NCBI GenBank assembly: GCA_951406725.2
Contig: OX597822.1
Span: forward strand, 40,300,001-40,364,000
DNA: 64,000 bases
Direction: 5' to 3'
Origin: Octopus vulgaris
Lineage: Eukaryota
The position numbers and the translations under genes are program-made. The notes beneath the pieces are model-generated. The model ran no database searches, was not told the DNA's origin, and saw only the letters and a program-made list of their open reading frames with translations. Shown here piece after piece: positions 54,796 to 64,000 of this stretch (position 1 is its first letter; every line of letters starts with the position of its first letter).

Positions 54796-55207
54796 AGGCG
54801 CAGGAGTGGCTGTGTGGTAAGTAGCTTGCTAACCAACCACATGGTTCCGGGTTCAGTCCCACTGCGTGGCATCTTGGGCAAGTGTCTTCTACTATAGCCC
54901 CGGGCCGACCAATGCCTTGTGAGTGGATTTGGTAGACGGAAACTGAAAGAAACCTGTCGTATATATGTATATATATATAAGTGCGTGTGTATATGTTTGT
55001 GTGCCTGTGTTTGTCACCCTAGCATTGCTTGACAACCGATGCTGGTGTGTTTACGTCCCCGCCACTTAGCGGTTCGGCAAAAGAGACCGATAGAATAAGT
55101 ACTGGGCTTACAAAGAATAAGTCCCGGGGTCGATTTGCTCGACTAAAGGCGGTGCTCCAGCATGGCCGCAGTCAAATGACTAAAACAAGTAAAAGAAAAG
55201 AGTAAAA
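54796..55207 (+). mobile_element. SINE type A, near-consensus reference copy
   Basis: tRNA-like head with A/B boxes, cttgggcaagt core, internal TA/TG tract, gtaaaaga-like repeated tail. Confidence 0.93.
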
Positions 55208-56263
55208 TAGCAGGAAATGTTTTTCAAATATCACACTTCGGTCTAGCGGAGATGTTTTGCAGGATTTGATTCAAACACAACTCTTCGAGATTGAATCCTA
55301 CTGAGGTTAAATGTTTTATTTTATTTTGCATTTTTATCTCTTCTGAGTCGATAAATTAAATCATCAGGCAATTATACCGGATTAATGAAATCCAATGATT
55401 CAAGTTCCGAGTTCTTGGGTCGTAGGCTTAGTACATCAAACGGTTTCTCAGCAATATCTATGAACGTTTGACGAAATTTGAACTCTAAGCACAGAGAATC
55501 GGAACAAATACCACTAGGTATTTTATCTAATGCTCGAAGGACTCCGCCAATAGTCATTCCCAAGCCTTAAACAGTATATCTTTTCCTTCATGTAACTTAA
55601 ATAGAGCCAAACAGGGAATCACTAAATTGTAACTTGACTTACTTGGCAAAGCGGCCACATATTCTGTAAATTAAATCTTACATATAAACTAAATCTTACT
55701 TATAATTTTAATCTTGACTGTAAATTAAATTTTACCTCCTCAAAGAATAAAACCAGGAAAACTTGACATTGTGATCTTAGAGAGTAATGCCTCATGAAGG
55801 AAGGACGTCTTTCATCCTAAGTTGGGTTTGTCAAGATTGACGTGGGGTTAAACAACAACTAACTGTTAATAGATACTCCATGGCGACAATGTCTCTCTTA
55901 CTTAACATCGTGGGGATCATTTTAAAACGTAATGATGTCATTAAAATTTGCTTAGCTCTCTGCGGTCATTCACAGTCTATCCAGGAAATTCGTTAGGATT
56001 GATTGCCACTACATTGTCACTCTTTAACCTTTAATCTCTTTAAATCAGAGACGTTGTTGTTGTCTGCGTAGAAAGAAGTATGTAATGTGATCTAGCATCA
56101 GCCAGCTCAATGAGCTGTACACCCTGTTAAAACCCAATGTGGTATTGATTGACATCAAGTGTCGAGTAGTGACGTTGTTAGGTCTCATGTCATAATTAAC
56201 GTTTCTCCACTTTAACTAGCTCGTTATTTGCTGAGTTAATTAGCGGTTCGTTAACACAAGTGT

Positions 56264-56325
<62 letters not shown>

Positions 56326-56803
56326 CACTCATTCTCTCTCTCATTTATGTATACTTATTTCTCTCTATATTTGTATGTTTGCTATCTGCCTTAATCACGT
56401 AAATTTATTGAGCAAACATCACACACACACACAAACGCAAACAAACACACACACACATATTGTTCGTTAGTTATAGTATTTGCGGTTTGAAGTCCTAAAA
56501 TGGAAACTGTCTTGTTGACTTCAATACATAATTATGAGAGATGTAGCACAGATGGCAGCTATACATACATACATATGTATATATATGTGTGTGTTTATGT
56601 ACTTACATTCATTGTTATCATTCTACTACAGCCGTGTGTGAATGATACTCTTAAGTCAACATTTACTTTAGCGCGGCCACGTCTAAGTTCTCAAGCTAAT
56701 GCAATTCTTGACCAGCTTGAACGCAAATTCACGGTACAGTTAAGTGTCACTACATTTTGTGATACTACAATGGGAATTTGATGGGTAAAAATAAGACAAA
56801 ATA

Positions 56804-57265
56804 ACGAAGGGGTGCTGAAAAGTTTTTGGCCTTGGGTAAAAAAAATACACGCGTATTAGTTAATCATAATTTTATTCAACATATTTCCCTCCCAGATACT
56901 CACACTTATTGCAGCTGCTCTTCCGTTTTTCTAAGTCCTATAAAAGAACTCAGAAAATTGGGCCTCCAAACGGGCCTTTTGCGATACCCTTAAAACCAAG
57001 AAATTTTCAGCACATCCTTGTGTGTAGCGCACGCACACACACACACACGAGGGGGTGAAGACAAGTTCCTGGCTTTGGATAAAAGAAAATACACGAGGAT
57101 CAGTTAATTATGATTTTATTCAACATATCCCCCTCTTAGATTCACACATTTATTGCAGCGGTCCTTCAGTTTTTCTAAGCCCTGTAAAAGAACTCGGAAG
57201 GTTGGGTCTCCAATCAGGCCTTTCGCGACACCCTTAAAACTAGGAACTTTTCAGCGCACCCTCGT
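56804..57265. mobile_element. Two tandem mariner-derived MITEs (56804-57021, 57047-57265)
   Basis: TIR-like ends acgagggg..gaaaagttcctgg / ggaacttttcagc..ccctcgta; same internal sequence as 12533 and 23905. Confidence 0.88.
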
Positions 57266-57785
57266 ACGATAAGTTTAAACAATCGAGAGTATCACACAGC
57301 TGCAACTTCTGAACAGTATTATTTCCTAATTTTTTAATATTTTAATTAGACTTAAGAAGTAAAAAAAAAAATCTCAGTGAGCGTAATCTAATTCTGCAAA
57401 CTCCGTCAATATTGATGTCGTGGGGAAAACGATTGCTACAAACATCACATCATTTATCTATTTATCTGTCTGTCTGTATGTCTATTTATCTATCTACCTG
57501 TCTGTTTGTTTGACTGTCTATTTACCAATCTGCCTGTATGTATGTATGTATGGATGGATGGATGGATGGATGGATAGGTGGGTGGGTGGGAAGTTTCATT
57601 GAATTTCTCCATAGTGCGAGTTAGAATTTTAAAGAGTTACACTTTACATTTGAATGCAACTAAAGCAACATATTTATGCATTTCAATCCCAATTTCAATA
57701 TTTTTAAGCTTTCGATTCCTTTTGTCCCCAACTTTTCCAGGGTTCAATTCATTTAGTATATTATCTCTCCTAGACCCGCATTCTT

Positions 57786-57834
<49 letters not shown>

Positions 57835-58139
57835 TATATATATAGATATAAAAGGTTGAAAAGGAACACCCGAGTTGATATGTATAAGAAAAATAAGACA
57901 AGGTAGAAAATGCTGAAATAATTTTATCACGAAGAACATTTTAGTACCGGTTTCAGTTTTAGCGACTTTTTCAACTTCTATTAAACCTGCTACCAAACCC
58001 TCACAAGAGTGAAAAAGAGAATCAGACATATATACACACAAATTTGAGGAAGCAATATCTCCGTAAGGGATTCTTAAAAACAATCCAGATGCCAATTGGG
58101 TTTAAGCAAATACATAGATAGAAAGTTCCTCAATATATA

Positions 58140-58690
58140 TGTAAGAGCAAAACGCGCCCCCATCCAATGGACGGTGCTGAATCATATCTGTTGAATAAAA
58201 AGCAATCAGTGTTTTCTTTTCATTAAAAAATAATTAAGCATACCTATTTTTCAATAAAATTTTTGGTTTTGTTAACTGAAGTTAAGGCAAAAAAAAACTT
58301 CTTGGGAAACTAATTAGTCTCTTCTTTCTTTGTCAAGTTTGAAGAAAATATTTCTTTTGCATCTTACATTTTTAGTCTCTTAAATAAACTGCATTTTGTG
58401 GCATTATTTCAAGCCATCCGGCTTTTTTTGTGCAAACTGCACGTGCATTTTTCTCGCGTACGCATAGTATCGATCGCAAGAGCTGATGTACTTGCGCATA
58501 CAAATGCACGTTCCCACGGCTTTATCGATCGCATTCTCACCTGGAATCCATTTTTGTGATTTTTTCAAGACTTATACACGCCCTGATACCATCGGTATCT
58601 ACATATCAAATTTGAGCGCAACCGGATAGAGGATGCCCGAGATCCTAGAAGATACACACACAGACAGACAGAACAGATTTTATATAATAA
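58140..58690. mobile_element. Helitron/DINE-like non-autonomous element
   Basis: End pattern atcaaatttgagcgcaaccggatagagg...(CAGA)n...tttatataata resembles Helitron-related MINE/Lep1/DINE elements (recalled). Left boundary uncertain. Confidence 0.5.
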
Positions 58691-58694
58691 ATAA

Positions 58695-58825
58695 GGGCGT
58701 ATGGCTTAGTCGTTAGGGTGTTACACTCACGATCGCAAGATCATGGTTTCAGTTCCTAGACTGGGTGGAGTTTTGTGTTCTTGAGCTTCATCTCGCGTTG
58801 CTCTGTGATTACTTCGACGCCTGAA
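58695..58825 (+). mobile_element. SINE D-type head with start of tail Y
   Basis: Matches the reverse complement of 21055-21181. Confidence 0.75.
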
Positions 58826-59337
58826 ACAAAAATAAACTAGCAAAAAATTACTGTATTTTCTCCTTTTGTCTTCCCTCCTGGTGCTGTATGAAGATTAATG
58901 TGGTTTTAGAGTCATGATTTGGCTGCAATTTCTAGCGTGGTGGTATCTCTTAGATACCCTAAGTTATAATTTTAATAATAATTATTGTCTTTGAAGGTTT
59001 TTATTTCCAAGCTGGCCACTTAAGATCGATATTTAACTTAACCATCTTGAGCGTAGGCTCGAAACGTTAAAGACCTTTTCACGTCCCGAGCGTTATACTA
59101 ATACATCTGTTTGTTATCTTCGTCTTTTGTTTTTTTGTGAATTCTCCCTTTATGTAGTTATGTAAGTATATATACAGTATATATAAAATAAATATAAGAG
59201 AGTGGTCACTATATGGCTCACTCTAGCACTAGTTAATCCAAAAGGTTTCAACCACAAAAATACTTGTTTCCCATGAAAGTCAGTACGATTGTTAGCTCAC
59301 ACGAACAGGGCAAATAAAAAATAACAAAAATACAGAT

Positions 59338-59422
59338 TATTTTGGGACAATTGTTTCGCTATTAATGAATTAAACGTAATTTTACTTACAAAAAAATCCA
59401 CTTGTAGCTCCTCAGCAAAAAC
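59338..59422 (-). ncRNA. Type I minimal hammerhead ribozyme motif with intact catalytic core (Penelope/retrozyme type)
   Basis: Minus strand: GUUUUUG-CUGAGGA-GCUA...UAGC-GAAAC-AAUU-GUC^CCAAAAU. Core complete, helix II 4 bp, palindromic ACAAUUGU helix III, helix I with one mismatch. Confidence 0.65.
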
Positions 59423-59822
59423 TATCTGGATGAAATCCACTCAATCACACGCCAGATTTTACCATAACGATAAATACACGTGTGGTTCAATTGATTACAT
59501 CTGACGTTATAATTCAAATGCCCCTATGCATGTACGGGTGGGTTTGATAATGCCAGTGAATATATGTTTTATGTGCGCGTGATATATAAAATGGCTAGAG
59601 ATATTTCGCGACTACTTAAATACCAACTTTACCACAGTGATTCAGTGTAGAAAATTCCGTGTCTCAATAGGGCCACTTACATATAACACACATACACACA
59701 CAGATATATATATATATATATATATGGCTGGCTGGCCTTATAGAGTCATCGACTCTTTTACACTGTAATACTTTACTCTATGTTTAAGTTGGTATTTAAC
59801 AGTCGTGTCTGTATGTGACTGC

Positions 59823-59869
<47 letters not shown>

Positions 59870-60496
59870 TATGTGTATGTGTGTACTTAGATAACCGTGT
59901 TATGTTATTAGAGTTGCTTTTGCTATAACCTTTGTTACCGTTATCAGCACCACAACCAACTGCACACACCAACAGAAAGAGCAACAACAATAGAACCGCC
60001 CTTATAAACGACATCAACACCACTGAAAATAACACCACTACCGACGGCAGCACCGCCTCCTTCACAAGCATCAACATGAAGAACATCAACCACAGTATCA
60101 ACATATACAACCTTTAGTTATGTTTTTGTAGAATAGATCTAAGAATTTGGAAATGGTGAATAATTTGTAAGCTTAGAAATCCCCTTTATAAATAAACATT
60201 TCCATACACACATTTAGATACATACATACACACACACACACACACATATATACACTTACATACGGGTGCATATAAGTTCATAGTCATACACATATATATG
60301 TATACACGTGTGCTTTGTTGTAATTAGAGGTGAGTGTGATCCAGCAGTGAAGAGGGTTGAGGCGCCATAAATTCTCATCATTTTTAAATGGTTATTTGTG
60401 GATAAAGAAAAAGTTTGTGTGAAATACAAATCTCAATCAACCAAATATCTTGTTCGTGTTATGCAGTACAACATATATATAAATAAAATTATATAT

Positions 60497-60615
60497 AGGT
60501 GTAGGAGTGGCTGTGTGGTAAGTAGCTTACTTACCAACCACATGGTTCCAGGTTCAGTCCCACTGTGTGGCACCTTGGGTAAGTGTCTTCTACTATAAAT
60601 TCGGGGCGACCAAAG
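60497..60615 (+). mobile_element. SINE type A, 5' part
   Basis: ggtgtaggagtggctgtgtggtaagtagc. Confidence 0.85.
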
Positions 60616-60897
60616 AACATGTCTCTGCTTCTATGCTGAAGTAGAGAAAACATCTTCTTTATTTATCTCCTTAACTTGGAGAATTTAGGTATAATTATAC
60701 TAATGTGTCCATCTGTTCTAATTTAATTAACTTCTATCTCTGTGCAGCTGAAGATTGCTCTACATTCTAAATTGATGTAATGATTGCATTGTTCAATTAA
60801 ATGGAGATGCATGAAACGATCGTACTGAATTACCTCTGGATATCCTTTATATATATATATATATATACTGGTGGCCTCCTTTCTTTTCAATGTATAA

Positions 60898-61055
60898 AGG
60901 CGGCGAGCTGGCAGAAACGTTAGCACGTCGGGCGAAATGCTTAGCAGTATTTCGTCCGTCTTTACGTTCTGAGTTCAAATTCCGCCAAGGTCGACTTTGC
61001 CTTTTATCCTTTCAGGGTCGATAAATTCAGTACCGATTTGTACTGGGTTCGATCT
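60898..61055 (+). mobile_element. SINE type B
   Basis: Head and core, running into (ATCT)n. Confidence 0.88.
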
Positions 61056-61769
61056 ATCTATCTATCTATCTATCTATCTACCTACCTACCCACCTACCCC
61101 CCCCCCCCCACACACACACGCACACACACACACGCACACACACACACGCACACACACACGCGATATATATCGGCTGTTGAGACCGAATCATATGTCTAGA
61201 TATAAGCCTGTCCTTTTTCCCGAATGGTGTGACGAAAATTCTTGAATCTGGAGACTATCTCTTCTCCTTAATTGGACTGGTCTAAACTGTCATTTCATAA
61301 TTATGATATATCCTGTGGAGGAAGAGTTCATTTTAATAGATCAATAATTCACGTTGAATGACATGTAAGATAATTAACATTCCTGTATTAGTCTCATTCT
61401 CTCTCTCTGTCTCTCTCTCTCTCAAATATATATGTGTGCGTGTGTGTACATATTCATATGGTGAATGCTCCATTTTCACACAGATAATTACCGTCTCCCT
61501 GTGCTTTATCATTGTCGGAAGCACTTCTGACTCACCGTCCATGACATCTCAGATAACTCTTCAGTCCCATTGTAGATACATATAATTCAGAGCGTAGATC
61601 ACACACAAAAGTTGTAGCTTTCTCTGCACTTCCAACAAGTTGCTGTCTGGACACGTCACCATTTTTCCATTGCTATAAGACTTTCAAAAGATGGCATGAC
61701 GAATAAGATCACCACGAAGAGACACATGTATGTCACTGGATTATAGTGCTAGGGGTAACAAAAGATAAA

Positions 61770-62099
61770 GACTCCTTTCAGTCATGAATGACCATGGGAT
61801 TGCACCTAGAAAGTTCCCCCTTGGAGCACAAGTCCGGGCAAGGTTGTTTGTGGAAGAGCAGCAGTCACCTTTGCATACAAGCTTACCCTCTACGCGTCAT
61901 CGATGTTTTCCAAAGGAAAAGCAAAGGAGCCGATACAGATGGCACCAATGACATCGCAGCTTGTTTCTACAGCTGCGTGAACGGGAGCAACGAGAAATAA
62001 AGTGTCTTGCTCAAGAACACAACACACAGCTCGGTCCGGCAATCGAAATCAATGCCTTATGATTCTGAACCCGATGCTCTAACCACTAAGCTGTGCGCT
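61770..62099 (-). mobile_element. SINE: D-type head with RTE/Bov-B-like tail Z
   Basis: Minus-strand head cttagtggttagagcatcggg...gtgttcttgagcaagacactttat; tail ends ccatggtcattcatgactgaaagg. Confidence 0.75.
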
Positions 62100-62301
62100 C
62101 TAAACACTTGTACAAAATGAGCACCACTCTCTGAGTCCTAGTGACCTGCCAAAGCGTGATGAAAATCATGTGAAGCTGCAAGATTTACATCAAAGTGCCT
62201 TTCTCCTAGAAGGATGCTGTCACAGCAGCTAGGGGTCTCTCTCTCCTCAAAACCCTAGAACTGAACCAGAGCGCTACAACCAGAGGCAGCTTAAAACTAT
62301 A

Positions 62302-62623
62302 CCCATTTATCTCCCTACACGGTCTCTGACTCAATACAGAGGCCTACATAAAGCGCCTGGAGAAAGTAGTGCTGTCCTGTACCAAGGTGGTGGTTGCTGG
62401 AAGACACCAAGAGGAACTGAAGGCAAGGATTATGACATCATTCACCAACTTAAACAAGGAGACCATCAAGAAGAGTTGCAGATTCCGAAGTCATCCGTAG
62501 TTGAAGCCAATGGTAATTTTATTGAAGAAATTTACATTTTAGTGTTTCAAGACATTTTTATGTAATTTTGAAAAATATATCAGTTGAAATGAGATGTGAG
62601 TATTATTTTTGCATTATTTAGAC

Positions 62624-62630
<7 letters not shown>
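62302..62630 (+). mobile_element. Tc1/mariner (maT/DD37D-like) transposase relic with right TIR
   Basis: PFI..HGL*LNTEAYIKRLEKVVL...AGR // EELKARIMTSFTNLNKETIKKSCRFRSH // VEANGNFIE; ends caccctata into (TA)n. Confidence 0.8.
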
Positions 62631-62694
<64 letters not shown>

Positions 62695-62697
<3 letters not shown>

Positions 62698-62905
62698 TAA
62701 ATCCCAGGGTAGCAAAAAAAATTAAGAAAATTTCTTTGCTACCAGTGGTCTAGCGAGAAGAAAAAAACTAGTCAATAGACTATATATCATTCATATAAAA
62801 ATACAGTGTACATTTAAACACATAAGAGATATGACCCGCTAGAAGGAGTAGTTAAACTCCAAACCACTGTTAGGGATAATTTCGAAAGGGAATGAAAAAT
62901 ATTTC
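62695..62905. mobile_element. (TA)n-adjacent element homologous to the 12003 foldback family
   Basis: Reverse complement of about 12150-12370 (aatacagtgtacatttaaac; caaaccact..tagggata; gggaatgaaaaat). Confidence 0.75.
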
Positions 62906-62986
62906 CTATACCTTCAGCAAATAAAATAATTCGTATTTATAAAATACGAATTATTTTATTTATAAAAATTTATAAAATATTTTGTG

Positions 62987-63053
<67 letters not shown>

Positions 63054-63519
63054 AATTACATACATAGATACATAATGATACAACACATACATACAGAGAA
63101 TTAGAAAGAGAGAGAGAAATGGTGATGGTGGCATAGAATCCAAAAAAAAAAAAAAAAGGAATAAGAGGACGATGACAAAGCGTTGCCTGCAACGAAATCT
63201 TGGATAATGTCCAAGAACCAGGTGATGTCTGCTTCTTGTAGGCTTTAGTAGCAGACTTGGAGAGAATGGAGAAACCTCTTCAGTTGAATATTTATAACTC
63301 AATGGACATGTAGCCATCTTATTTCCTCTTGTTGTTATTATTGTTGTTGTTGTTCTTTTTTGGACACTGTCCATCCATTCTATCCAGCCACTCCTGACCA
63401 ACTCGGCAGATGGTTGCAATACTTGATCTTCTGGTGTTATTATTCTCTCTCATTCTTTCTTTCCTTCTTTTGCCTCTTTCTATATTCCTTCGTGTTTCAT
63501 TTTACCAATTTAATTACTC

Positions 63520-64000
63520 ACTAGCTGTAGTAGTAGTAGTAGTTCTGTTGATGGTTATTATTATTACTATTATTATTATTAGTAGTAGTAGTTGTTGTAG
63601 TAGTAGTAGTGGTTGTGTATAGTGATGATGGTGGCAGTGATGCTTTTCTTCGTTGTGGTGACAGTTTCAGTTGTGGTAGCAGTGGTGGTGGTGGCTGCGG
63701 TAGTAGTCATGAAAGTGGGCATGAGGATGGTGGTGTTCATGATTGTAGTAGTGGTGGCGGTAGCAGTGGTAGTAGTCATTGTAGAGGTGGTGAGGTGGGG
63801 CGGTGGTAATGATAGTAGTGACGGTGTGAATGATAGAAGTCATGGTAGAGGTGATGGTGGTGGTGGTGATAATGATAGTGGTGGCGGTATGAATGGTAGT
63901 TGTCATGGTAGTGGTGGTGGTGATAATAATAGTGGTGAGGTTGGGAGTGGTAGTAGTAATGGCAAAGGTGGTGGTGGTATTCATGGTCGCTGTGGTATGG
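63520..64000. repeat. (GGT/TAG/ATT)n trinucleotide tract
   Basis: Directly visible. Confidence 0.9.

Noticed and set aside
61600-61720. Possible mariner N-terminal fragment (FHCYKTFK)
   Set aside because: Too short and degraded to call.

Overview
AT-rich, microsatellite-saturated animal genomic DNA. The SINE set matches what I recall from octopus (coleoid cephalopod) genomes, so the organism call is an inference. The window appears to be almost entirely intron. The only host coding sequence I can support is a 43-nt internal exon at 47169-47211 (+), encoding (R)NMFPDNIITSCFDS of an SLC1/EAAT amino-acid transporter. The rest is: about 45 copies of four tRNA-derived SINE types (working labels A-D) whose heads and tails are shuffled; a Tx1/L1 LINE relic; an RTE 3' end; Tc1/mariner relics and MITEs; a Helitron-like element; minisatellites; and long simple repeats. 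Nearly all ORFs in the supplied track are microsatellite artefacts. Most interesting: (1) short elements near (TA)n or other microsatellites carrying Penelope-type minimal hammerhead motifs, one with an intact core (59338-59422), all motifs retaining both core halves antisense to the host gene, plus related foldback hairpins; (2) a combinatorial SINE head/tail system with target-site duplications; (3) nested inverted SINEs bracketing the frameshifting 43-nt exon. All analysis was by eye, with no searches or folding run, and repeat boundaries are approximate.
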